Positions 1-8,113 of a stretch of DNA of 42,309 nucleotides are shown piece by piece. The notes below the pieces were generated by a model. That model was not told the origin of the DNA and ran no database searches. It saw only the letters and a program-made list of their open reading frames with translations. Positions within the stretch are counted from its first letter, which is position 1, and the number at the start of each line of letters is the position of its first letter. The position numbers and the translations under genes are program-made. Origin of the DNA: an uncultured Lachnospiraceae bacterium (GTDB taxonomy: Bacteria > Bacillota > Clostridia > Lachnospirales > Lachnospiraceae); NCBI GenBank assembly GCA_902803505.1, contig CADCQE010000235.1, positions 1 through 42,309 of the forward strand, given 5' to 3'.

Positions 1-1364
1 ATATTGTACCCCGTGGTCGGATTCTGCTGGTGCCCGGTCATGCCCGTGATGGAGTTGGCCAGGATGATCACCGTGGAATTGCTTCCGTTGTAGGCGATAT
101 TTGCAAGGCCGGTCATACCGGAATGCATGAACGTAGAGTCGCCGATGACGCAGACCGTCCTGCTCTCCGCGTCCGCTCCGAGAGCCTTGTTGAAGCCGTG
201 AATTGAGGAGACGGAGGCCCCCATGCAGAGGGTGGTCTCAATTGCCCCAAGCGGCGCCACAGCTCCGAGCGTGTAACAGCCGATGTCCCCAAGGACAGTG
301 GCTTTGAGCTTCTTCAGGGTGTAGAAGAGGCCGCGGTGCGGACATCCCGGGCACATGACGGGCGGGCGCATGGGCAGCTGCTCATCGAGGCTCCGGCCGC
401 TGTGAACCTCGCCCCCCAGAGCCTTCGCGATCAGGTTCTGGGAGAATTCACCGCAGAGGGGGAGCAGGTCCTTGCCATGAACCTCAATGCCGAGAGACTT
501 CACGTGATTCTCCATGATGGGATCCAGTTCTTCTACGACTACGAGCTTCTCCACTTTGGAGGCGAAGTCGCGGATCATTTTCTCGGGAAGAGGATAGGCC
601 ATGCCGATCTTCAGGATGGAAATGCTGTTGCCGAACACTTCTTTCACATATTGATAGGAGGTGGAAGAGGTGATGACGCCAAGCTTTGTGCCTCCCATCT
701 CCACGCGGTTGATGCCGGAGTTCTCCGCAAATTCGACCAGGCGCTTCGTGCGCTCTTCAACAAAGGGGTGGCGACGCCTGGCATTGCCGGGCATCATGAC
801 ATACTTTGCAATATCCTTCGTGTAAGCCTTCACGGGAACCGTGCGCTCGCCTGTGTCCACAACGGACTGGGAGTGGGCCACGCGGGTGCACATTTTTAAG
901 AGAACGGGAGTGTCATACTCCTCGGAGATCTCATAGGCCTTCCTGGCAAATGCGAGTGCCTCCGCAGAATCCGAGGGCTCAAGCATCGGAACCTTTGAGG
1001 CGATGGCGTGATGGCGGGAGTCCTGCTCGTTCTGGGAGCTGTGCATGCCGGCGTCGTCCGCCACCACGATCACGAGTCCCGCGTTGACTCCGGTGTAGGA
1101 CATTGTGTAGAGAGGGTCAGCGGCGACGTTGAGCCCCACATGCTTCATGGCGCAGAATGAGCGCCTGCCTGCAAGAGATGCGCCAAATGCGGACTCCATG
1201 GCAACCTTCTCGTTGGGGGCCCATTCACAGTAGACGTCATCGTATTTTGCAAGCTCTTCCGTGACTTCCGTGCTCGGTGTGCCCGGGTAACTGGAAGCAA
1301 AGCAGATGCCCGCTTCATAAAGCCCCCTTGCGACAGCCTTATTGCCCAGCATTAGTTGTCTCAT
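1..1364 (-). CDS. iorA: Indolepyruvate:ferredoxin oxidoreductase alpha subunit (5' part; runs off the window start)
   Basis: Manual minus-strand translation from ATG at 1364 gives MRQLMLGNKAVARGLYEAGICFASSYPGTPSTE...WAPNEKVAMESAFGASLAG...MKHVGLNVAADPL...RPPVMCPGCPHRG...GDIGCYTLG...VCVIGDSTFMHSG (TPP-binding motif). AAGGA SD upstream. Not in the ORF track because there is no stop in the window. Confidence 0.93.
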   Translation of the reverse strand, partial: MRQLMLGNKAVARGLYEAGICFASSYPGTPSTEVTEELAKYDDVYCEWAPNEKVAMESAFGASLAGRRSFCAMKHVGLNVAADPLYTMSYTGVNAGLVIVVADDAGMHSSQNEQDSRHHAIASKVPMLEPSDSAEALAFARKAYEISEEYDTPVLLKMCTRVAHSQSVVDTGERTVPVKAYTKDIAKYVMMPGNARRRHPFVEERTKRLVEFAENSGINRVEMGGTKLGVITSSTSYQYVKEVFGNSISILKIGMAYPLPEKMIRDFASKVEKLVVVEELDPIMENHVKSLGIEVHGKDLLPLCGEFSQNLIAKALGGEVHSGRSLDEQLPMRPPVMCPGCPHRGLFYTLKKLKATVLGDIGCYTLGAVAPLGAIETTLCMGASVSSIHGFNKALGADAESRTVCVIGDSTFMHSGMTGLANIAYNGSNSTVIILANSITGMTGHQQNPTTGYN

Positions 1365-1406
1365 AATAGATCCTTCTTTCTTATTTGGTGAGAGTAATCT
1401 CAAAAA

Positions 1407-1435
1407 ATCTTAGCACGTTAATGCGATAAAGTAAA
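1407..1435 (-). promoter_or_regulatory. Sigma-A-type promoter for iorA
   Basis: Minus strand TTTACT-N17-TAAGAT with TG of an extended -10 (tgcTAAGAT), about 40 nt upstream of the iorA ATG. Confidence 0.55.
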
Positions 1436-1445
1436 GAAAAATAGT

Positions 1446-2354
1446 TTACTTCGCCTCGAGAATCGTGCGGAGCTCTTCCGGAGTCAGTGACAATGAGCGC
1501 AGATGGCGGATTGTCTCTCCCTGATCGCTCCAGGGTGAGTCCGTTCCGAAGAGGATGCGGCCGGGCCCATAGGCACGGACGATCCTGACAAATAATCTGT
1601 CGCTTAACATCGCAGTGTCGCTCTCCTTCCAATATCCGTCAGTGAGAGGCCTGAAGCGGCCTAAGGAGAAGGCGGTGTCCAGATAGACAGGTCCGGCTTC
1701 AAGCATCTCCGGCGCCAGGCGGAGGACGTCCTCCCATTCCAGCCAGCCGCCCATGTGCGCCAGGACAAAACGGAAACCGGGATGCGCCGGGTCCGCTTCC
1801 GGGAACGCATCACTGTCCTCCCGGCCGGCCCGGTCCGCTCTTACTGCCTTCAGCTCCCTCAGCGCGTGCAGCGCCATCTGCGGGGAACAGCGCTTTACTC
1901 CGGGGAAGCCGATGTCGAATCCGCCGTGCAGTACTACGGCGAGTCCCAGCTCGGCACAGCGGTCATAGATCCGGAGCAGGCGGATGTCGTCCAGGTCCGC
2001 CCCCTGATAGACGGGGTGCAGCTTGATGCCGGGGAAGCCGAGCTCTTTGATCCGCTTCAGCTCGCTGTGATAGTCTGCATAATCCGGGTGCATCGCGCCG
2101 TACGCAATGAGACCCAGGCGCTCCCGCTCCTCCATCCTGCGCGCCGCCGAGTCGTTAATGCCGGTGACTTGGGCGGGTGAGGTGGCGACAGAGAGAACCA
2201 CAGAGCGGTCGATGCCGTTTTTCTTCATAGATTCTGCAAGCATGCGGTCTGTCCCGTCGACGAACGGAAGCAGATGGGACCGGCCGGAGAGTGCATCAAG
2301 AGCCCGGGGGGCCAGGGCCTCCGGGAATGTGTGGGCGTGGTAGTCAATAATCAT
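1446..2354 (-). CDS. Amidohydrolase family (Amidohydro_2 / TIM-barrel metal-dependent hydrolase)
   Basis: MIIDYHAHTF (HxH metal motif), GIKLHPVYQG, LHGGFD, LAHMGG, YLDTA, ILFGTDSPW. The real start is the ATG at 2354 with AAAGGA SD; the supplied 583-aa ORF is over-extended. Confidence 0.88.
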   Translation of the reverse strand: MIIDYHAHTFPEALAPRALDALSGRSHLLPFVDGTDRMLAESMKKNGIDRSVVLSVATSPAQVTGINDSAARRMEERERLGLIAYGAMHPDYADYHSELKRIKELGFPGIKLHPVYQGADLDDIRLLRIYDRCAELGLAVVLHGGFDIGFPGVKRCSPQMALHALRELKAVRADRAGREDSDAFPEADPAHPGFRFVLAHMGGWLEWEDVLRLAPEMLEAGPVYLDTAFSLGRFRPLTDGYWKESDTAMLSDRLFVRIVRAYGPGRILFGTDSPWSDQGETIRHLRSLSLTPEELRTILEAK

Positions 2355-2375
2355 GGTATGCTTTTGTCCTTTCTT

Positions 2376-2442
2376 GCGGGTCAGAGGGACGGTTCTCGGT
2401 GACCCGCTATTATGTAAACTGAGAACCGTCCCTCTGGCCCGC
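2376..2442. repeat. Inverted pair of REP-like units (GAGAACCGTCCC family)
   Basis: gcgggtca-gagggacggttctc-gg-tgacccgc (2376-2407) and gagaaccgtccctctggcccgc (2421-2442). 2376-2397 and 2421-2442 form a 22-bp inverted repeat with one mismatch. Confidence 0.85.
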
Positions 2443-2523
2443 AATCCTCTGTTGGCAAAGTAATTCGATAGTGAGTATAATAAACCTATCTTTAAAAAGA
2501 GGAAATAGAATTCTTTTCCGTAT

Positions 2524-2578
2524 TTTAATCGAACTTTAATGTTTCCCCAAAGCTGTTTTAAGAAGAGGCTGATAAGAT
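2524..2578 (+). promoter_or_regulatory. Candidate OmpR/CiaR-type direct-repeat box plus extended -10
   Basis: TTTAAT 2524, TTTAAT 2535, TTTAAG 2557 (in 11-bp phase), then TGaTAAGAT with the -10 hexamer at 2573-2578. Confidence 0.5.
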
Positions 2579-2645
2579 AAGCACCATCAGAAACAGAGAA
2601 AACAGCAGCGACAAAAGAAGAGTCGGAGAAAGGAAAGGGAACATC

Positions 2646-3185
2646 ATGGATAATCTGGAAAAGGTTGAAAAGCTGCGCGAGAGAGCAAATGTAACTTATG
2701 AAGAAGCGAAGGCAGCACTGGAGGCAAACAATTGGGATCTGCTCGACGCAATGGTCGCTCTGGAGAAGGCCGGCAAGACCGAGAGCCCCAAGCAGGAGAA
2801 CTACTCCACCAGCTACGAGCAGCAGGAACAGTATGTGAGGGTGCAGGAGAAGATTGAGGAGGAGCAGGCTAAGGCTACCCATAGCCGCACACTCGGAGAG
2901 GCGCTCCGGAGATTCTTCCGGATCTGCCGCGACAACTATTTTGTCGTCTCGCATCATGGGAACGTCATCTTCCAGCTTCCTCTGATTGTGACGATCCTGA
3001 TCCTGCTCTTTACCTGGAAGGTTACGGTGCCGGTGCTCCTGATCTCGCTCTTCTTCGGCGTCCACTATTCCTTCGCGGGAAAGGATGATCTTAAGGGAGC
3101 AAACCGCTTTATGGACACGGCGAGCAATGTGGCGGACAATATCAAAGAAGGATTTCAGAACGGCGGAAAGAAAGACGAGCAATAA
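2646..3185 (+). CDS. DUF4342-like protein with N-terminal UBA/EF-Ts-like helical domain and C-terminal hydrophobic segment
   Basis: MDNLEKVEKLRERANVTYEEAKAALEANNWDLLDAMVALEK N-terminus; hydrophobic stretch LPLIVTILILLFTWKVTVPVLLISLFFG; AAGGGA SD. Confidence 0.75.
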   Translation: MDNLEKVEKLRERANVTYEEAKAALEANNWDLLDAMVALEKAGKTESPKQENYSTSYEQQEQYVRVQEKIEEEQAKATHSRTLGEALRRFFRICRDNYFVVSHHGNVIFQLPLIVTILILLFTWKVTVPVLLISLFFGVHYSFAGKDDLKGANRFMDTASNVADNIKEGFQNGGKKDEQ

Positions 3186-3221
3186 AGAAGGAATCAATTG
3201 TTCTTGAAGAGGTGGTAGAAT

Positions 3222-3941
3222 ATGTCAGCAAATATTCTGGTGGTAGAGGATGAGGAGAAGCTTGCGCGCTTTGTGGAGCTGGAGCTCCTCCACGAGGGCT
3301 ACAAGGTGGAGACTGCGGGCAGCGGCCGCAAGGCGCTGGAGCGGGCGACAGAGGTGCAGTTCGATCTCATCCTCCTCGATATTATGCTGCCGGAGCTCAA
3401 CGGACTCGAGGTGCTGCGCCGTCTGATGAAGGAGCGGCCGACTCCGGTGATCCTGCTGACGGCGCGGGATGCCGTGATGGATAAGGTCTCCGGGCTGGAC
3501 GCAGGGGCCGTGGATTACATCACGAAGCCCTTTGCGATCGAGGAGCTGCTGGCGCGCATCCGTGTCGCCCTGAAGCTCCACCCCGCGATGAGTGCGGGCA
3601 TGGGGGCACCTGAGAATGCCGATACAGGCAGGGAAGGTGTCTTCACCTGGGGCCCTCTGACCCTCGATGATCCGCGGCACCGGGTGACCTTCCATTCCCA
3701 CGAGATCACTCTGACGAATCGGGAGTTCCTGATGCTGAAGACACTACTTGAGAACAAAGACATCGTATTGTCCCGGGACACCCTCCTTGAGAGGGTCTGC
3801 GGTTATGAGTACGTCGGGGAGACGAATGTCATCGATGTCTACATCCGCTATCTGAGATCCAAGATTGACGACGTCTTCGATGTGAAAGTGATCCACACGG
3901 TGAGAGGCGTCGGATACGTGATCAAGTCCTGGGAGTCATAG
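3222..3941 (+). CDS. OmpR/PhoB-family response regulator (ArlR/CiaR-like)
   Basis: ILVVEDE, LILLDIMLP (phospho-Asp), LLTARD, DYITKPF, winged helix LTNREF...NVIDVYIRYLRSKID...TVRGVGY; GAGGTGG SD. Confidence 0.95.
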   Translation: MSANILVVEDEEKLARFVELELLHEGYKVETAGSGRKALERATEVQFDLILLDIMLPELNGLEVLRRLMKERPTPVILLTARDAVMDKVSGLDAGAVDYITKPFAIEELLARIRVALKLHPAMSAGMGAPENADTGREGVFTWGPLTLDDPRHRVTFHSHEITLTNREFLMLKTLLENKDIVLSRDTLLERVCGYEYVGETNVIDVYIRYLRSKIDDVFDVKVIHTVRGVGYVIKSWES

Positions 3942-3956
3942 AGCCGGGATTCCCGG

Positions 3957-5486
3957 GTGAAGAAGATGGAGAAATACGCGGAGAATCTGAAAGAAAAAGA
4001 AGCGGAAGCAGGGATCCCGGAGCGGAAGATGCGGCGCCGGGAAGTGCCTGCGCAAAAGGAAAGAGAGGGCGAATATCGGAAGAGTGCCTGCAAGGGGAAG
4101 GAACAGCAGAAGCAGATCCTTAAGGAGAAGAAGAGGCTGCGGAGGGAATTGAGGGAGAAGCCGGCAGGAGAGGAGCAGACCAGGCGCGTCACATCCATCA
4201 CGCGGAGGCTGCATGCCCACGTGCTGGGCAAGCAGCTGCTGACATGCTTCTGGCTGGACCTTCTTCTGGGCGCGGCAGCATTTTTCTGTTTCATCATGAG
4301 TGCGGAATACATGCGCTTCGGCGCCTGGAGCTGGGACACGAAGCGCTCCTTTGAGCTAGCTGCGCTGGGGGAGCACTTATGGTACAGAGCCCAGAAAGCC
4401 GACAGCAGCCAGGTGGCGCTCATCGACATCCAGCCGTTTTTGCGCATCCTGATCCCTGTGCTGATCGGTCTTTTTGTCCTGCAGCTCATCTCGAACCTGC
4501 TGCAGTACCGGGAAGAGGACAAGAAGATACGGAAAATCCTGAACCCGATCAATGAGATCGCACTGCAGGCAGACCGTCTCAGCAAGATGTCGTTTACAGA
4601 GGAGAAATACCAGCTTCTCGAGGACGCCATCGAGAAGATTCAGCCGGAGGACACCAGGACGCTGTCCTTTGGCGATTCAGATCTCGTCGGGGTGGAGGCG
4701 GCGATGAACAACCTGCTCCTGAGGATGCGGGACACATACAGGCAGCAGGCGCGCTTTGTCAATGACGCCTCCCATGAGCTGAGGACGCCGATCGCAGTGA
4801 TCCAGGGGTATGCGAATATGCTGGACCGCTGGGGCAAGGAGGATGAAAAGATTCTTGACGAATCCATCACGGCGATCCGCAACGAATCCGATCACATGAA
4901 TCACCTCGTGGAACAGCTGCTGTTCCTCGCCCGCGGCGACAGCGGCAAGACGCTTGTGAAGAGGGAGCCGGTCGACCTCGTGGGCATGATGCAGGAGATC
5001 TACGAGGAATCCTTCATGATCGACGAGGGACATCTGTACCGCTTCCGGCCGGCCATCGGAACCTTCTCCTCCGATGTGCCGTCCGCCGGGGGAGACGGCA
5101 CTCTCTCCGCGGAGGATGCGGACCGGCATCTGCCCAAGCTGGACTTCAGCGCGGACGCCGCCCTTCTGAAGCAGGCCGTGCGCATCCTCGTGGACAACGC
5201 CGCCAAGTACACCCAAAAAGGGGATGAGATCCTTCTGTCTGTCGGCAGGAGTGCTGACGGATCTGTTTACCTGGAAGTACAAGATACGGGAATCGGTATG
5301 GCTGAGGCCGACGTACAGCATATGTTTGAGCGCTTTTACCGCTCGGATGAAGTCCGCTCCTATCAGGGTACAGGGCTGGGACTGTCCATCGCGAAATGGA
5401 TCGTGGATAAACACGGCGGGCATTTTGAGATCCTCTCCCGGACCGGCCTGGGAACGAGGATCCGGATCGTTCTGCCGGAAACATAA
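3957..5486 (+). CDS. Sensor histidine kinase (HisKA + HATPase_c); start codon uncertain
   Basis: Two TM segments, H-box FVNDASHELRTPIAVI, N-box LVDNAAKYT, G-boxes DTGIGM, FERFYR, GTGLGLSIAKWIV. Confidence 0.93.
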   Translation: MKKMEKYAENLKEKEAEAGIPERKMRRREVPAQKEREGEYRKSACKGKEQQKQILKEKKRLRRELREKPAGEEQTRRVTSITRRLHAHVLGKQLLTCFWLDLLLGAAAFFCFIMSAEYMRFGAWSWDTKRSFELAALGEHLWYRAQKADSSQVALIDIQPFLRILIPVLIGLFVLQLISNLLQYREEDKKIRKILNPINEIALQADRLSKMSFTEEKYQLLEDAIEKIQPEDTRTLSFGDSDLVGVEAAMNNLLLRMRDTYRQQARFVNDASHELRTPIAVIQGYANMLDRWGKEDEKILDESITAIRNESDHMNHLVEQLLFLARGDSGKTLVKREPVDLVGMMQEIYEESFMIDEGHLYRFRPAIGTFSSDVPSAGGDGTLSAEDADRHLPKLDFSADAALLKQAVRILVDNAAKYTQKGDEILLSVGRSADGSVYLEVQDTGIGMAEADVQHMFERFYRSDEVRSYQGTGLGLSIAKWIVDKHGGHFEILSRTGLGTRIRIVLPET

Positions 5487-5526
5487 ATCCGCGTAAGAAT
5501 CTATGTGAAGGGCATGGAGGCCGCTT

Positions 5527-6348
5527 ATGAGAATAGCAGTTGTGACAGGAGCTTCAAGCGGGCTTGGCAGGGAATATATCCTGCAGATCAATAGCTCAGA
5601 GACGAATATTGACGAGATCTGGGCGATTGCGAGAAGACGGGAGAGACTTGAGGAATTGAAGGCGGCATCCGGGATTCCGGTGCGGGTGTTTCCTTTGGAT
5701 CTCCTTGACAAGAAGAGCATTGCCGCGCTGGGAGAGGTACTGGATCGGGAGAAGCCGGTGGTCGCACTTCTGATTAATGCCGCAGGGTTTGGCAAGATCG
5801 GAGGGAGCCTGGAGGTCGGCATGGATGCCTCGGACCGCATGATCGGCCTGAACTGCCGCAGCGCAGTGGATATGACCTTCTTGTGCATCCCTTATATGGA
5901 GAGGGGATCCCGGATTATGGAGGTGTGTTCCACGGCGGCCTTCCAGCCCTTTCAATATCTGAATGTCTACGCGGCCTCCAAGGCCTTCCTGTACCGCTTC
6001 AGCCGCGCCCTGCGGGTGGAGCTGCTTGGAAAGGGAATTCGGGTCACGGCGGTCTGTCCCTACTGGATTCGGGATACGGAGTTTATTCCGGTGGCCAGGA
6101 CAGAGGGGGCCGAGACAGGAAGAGATCCGGCAGGGACAGTCCCTGCCGGATCCGGAGGAAGCAAAGCAGTGCGCCATTTTCCCCTGTCCTCAAAAGTATC
6201 CTCGGTCGCCTCGCATTCCCTCCGCGCGTCCAGAATGGGGCTGCCGGTATCGACACCCGGTATTGTCTGCACGCTCCACTGGATCTTTGCGAAATTCATT
6301 CCTTCCGAGCTGATGATGGGGATCTGGGCGCTTCTTCGGCGTGTGTGA
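5527..6348 (+). CDS. Short-chain dehydrogenase/reductase (DltE-like SDR)
   Basis: VTGASSGLG Rossmann motif, LINAAGFG, catalytic YAASK. Confidence 0.92.
   Translation: MRIAVVTGASSGLGREYILQINSSETNIDEIWAIARRRERLEELKAASGIPVRVFPLDLLDKKSIAALGEVLDREKPVVALLINAAGFGKIGGSLEVGMDASDRMIGLNCRSAVDMTFLCIPYMERGSRIMEVCSTAAFQPFQYLNVYAASKAFLYRFSRALRVELLGKGIRVTAVCPYWIRDTEFIPVARTEGAETGRDPAGTVPAGSGGSKAVRHFPLSSKVSSVASHSLRASRMGLPVSTPGIVCTLHWIFAKFIPSELMMGIWALLRRV
6124..6152. repeat. Perfect 14-bp-arm palindrome inside the SDR coding sequence
   Basis: gatccggcagggac-a-gtccctgccggatc. Confidence 0.9.
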
Positions 6349-6353
6349 GTGTC

Positions 6354-7904
6354 TTATGCTTCTTCCCCGTCCGCAAGTGCTTCGCTCTGCGGCACGACAA
6401 CCTTCTTGTTATAGCTGGCGAATGCGGAGTCGACAAGGCCCTGATCGGGCTTCTTCGTGAACAGCGACACCAGCGGGACAATGATCAGTCCTGCGATCAT
6501 GCAGAACGCGCCGGCATTGATCGGAGACTGCAGGAGCTTCGGGAAGCTGCTGCGGACGAAGATGTTGGCGATCATGACGATCGTGGAGAAGAGGAAGCTG
6601 CACCAGCAGGCGACGGCTGTAGTGCCCTTCCAATAGAGGCCGTATAAAAATGGAGCAAGGAAGGCTCCCGCGAGTGCGCCCCAGGAGACACCCATGAGCT
6701 GGGCGATGAAGGTGACGTTTGTCCTGTACTGGACGATCGCGATGATGACAGAGATCGCAATGAAGATCACCAGCAGTATGCGCATCACGAAGACCTGTTT
6801 CTTCTCGTCCATATCCTTGACGATGTTCCCCTTGATGAAATCCAAAGTCAGCGTGGAGCTGGAGGTCAGTACCAGGGAGGACAGTGTGGACATGGAAGCG
6901 GACAGGACCAGAATGACCACGATGGCGATCAGAATATCCGGGAGACCGGAGAGCATGGTCGGGACGATGGAGTCGAAGCCGCCTTCCGCTACCTGCTCCG
7001 ATGTCGCGAAGATGCGCCCGAAGCCGCCGAGGAAATAACATCCTCCTGCGACGATGACCGCAAAGAATGTGGACACGACGGTACCTGTGCTGATGGACTT
7101 CTCACTCTTGATGGCGTAGAACTTCTGCACCATCTGGGGAAGCCCCCAGGTGCCGAGGGAGGTAAGCAGGACCACTCCCAGCAGATTGACCGGGTCGGGG
7201 CCGAAGAAGGAGGCGAACATACCGGGGGTCTCGGTCACGGCCGGATCTGTGACCTTGGCCATGGCGGTGTAAGCTGCCATGAAGCCTCCCTTGCTGTTAA
7301 GGACAGCGAGGATCACCGCGACAATACCGACCAGCATAATGCAGCCCTGAATGAAGTCGTTGATGGCGGTAGCCATGTAACCGCCGGCGATGACGTAGAT
7401 CCCGGTCAGCACGGCCATGACGATGACGCAGACGGAATAATCTACGGAGAAGGCCATACCGAAGAGTCGGGACAGTCCGTTGTAGAGAGAAGCCGTATAA
7501 GGAACAAGGAAGATGAAGGTAATGACTGACGCGGCAAGCTTCAGGGCTTTGCTGTCAAAGCGCTTCCCGAAGAAGTCAGGCATTGTGGCCGAATCGAGAT
7601 GCTGGGTCATGATGCGCGTGCGGCGGCCCAGAACGGCCCAGGCCAAAAGGGAGCCGAGGAAGGCGTTGCCAAGACCTGCCCAGGTCGCTGCGATGCCGTA
7701 TTTCCATCCGAACTGGCCGGCATAGCCGACGAAGATGACGGCAGAGAAATAAGACGTTCCGTAGGCAAATGCCGTAAGCCACGGGCCCACGGACCTGCCG
7801 CCCAGGACGAAGCCGTTGACGTCTGTGGAGTGGCGCCGGCAGTAGAGGCCGATGCCGATGAATAAAGAGAAGAAGACGATGAGCAGGATGAGTTTGATTG
7901 CCAT
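6354..7904 (-). CDS. Sodium:solute symporter (SSS/PutP family)
   Basis: Many TM helices; GFVLGGRSVGPWLTAFAYGTSYFSAVIFVGYAG, TMPDFFGKRF, SASMSTLSSLVL. Start is ATG at 7904 with AAGGAG SD. Confidence 0.92.
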   Translation of the reverse strand: MAIKLILLIVFFSLFIGIGLYCRRHSTDVNGFVLGGRSVGPWLTAFAYGTSYFSAVIFVGYAGQFGWKYGIAATWAGLGNAFLGSLLAWAVLGRRTRIMTQHLDSATMPDFFGKRFDSKALKLAASVITFIFLVPYTASLYNGLSRLFGMAFSVDYSVCVIVMAVLTGIYVIAGGYMATAINDFIQGCIMLVGIVAVILAVLNSKGGFMAAYTAMAKVTDPAVTETPGMFASFFGPDPVNLLGVVLLTSLGTWGLPQMVQKFYAIKSEKSISTGTVVSTFFAVIVAGGCYFLGGFGRIFATSEQVAEGGFDSIVPTMLSGLPDILIAIVVILVLSASMSTLSSLVLTSSSTLTLDFIKGNIVKDMDEKKQVFVMRILLVIFIAISVIIAIVQYRTNVTFIAQLMGVSWGALAGAFLAPFLYGLYWKGTTAVACWCSFLFSTIVMIANIFVRSSFPKLLQSPINAGAFCMIAGLIIVPLVSLFTKKPDQGLVDSAFASYNKKVVVPQSEALADGEEA

Positions 7905-7973
7905 AGTACGTTGACTCCTTTGCAAGTGATATGATAGGGATGGCCAAAATTCTTTGGCGCATTAACCTGTAAC

Positions 7974-8002
7974 AGTTTAACGCGTAAAAGCATCAAAGTC
8001 AA
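7974..8002 (-). promoter_or_regulatory. Sigma-A-type promoter for the symporter
   Basis: Minus strand TTGACT-N17-TAAACT. Confidence 0.6.
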
Positions 8003-8010
8003 GTCATTCA

Positions 8011-8039
8011 TTGACAATCCCGCCGCTTTTTTCTATAAT
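8011..8039 (+). promoter_or_regulatory. Consensus sigma-A promoter for the acyl-CoA ligase
   Basis: Perfect TTGACA-N17-TATAAT, back to back with the symporter promoter. Confidence 0.85.
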
Positions 8040-8078
8040 GGACGCTATGACGCGTTGACGCGTTGCATTATTGCATTG
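8040..8078 (+). promoter_or_regulatory. Tandem 8-bp repeats over the transcription start (candidate operator)
   Basis: gGACGCTAT GACGCGTT GACGCGTT GCATTATT GCATTG directly after TATAAT. Confidence 0.55.
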
Positions 8079-8113
8079 AACGATACTATGTGAAAGTGAG
8101 GGAATGATTCTAA

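Noticed and set aside
336-1087. Plus-strand ORFs 336..899 and 806..1087
   Set aside because: Antisense shadows of iorA with no motifs.
2355-3197. N-terminal 280 aa of the supplied 583-aa minus-strand ORF (1446..3197)
   Set aside because: It is antisense to the DUF4342-like gene and runs through the intergenic region. The amidohydrolase has its own SD and ATG at 2354.
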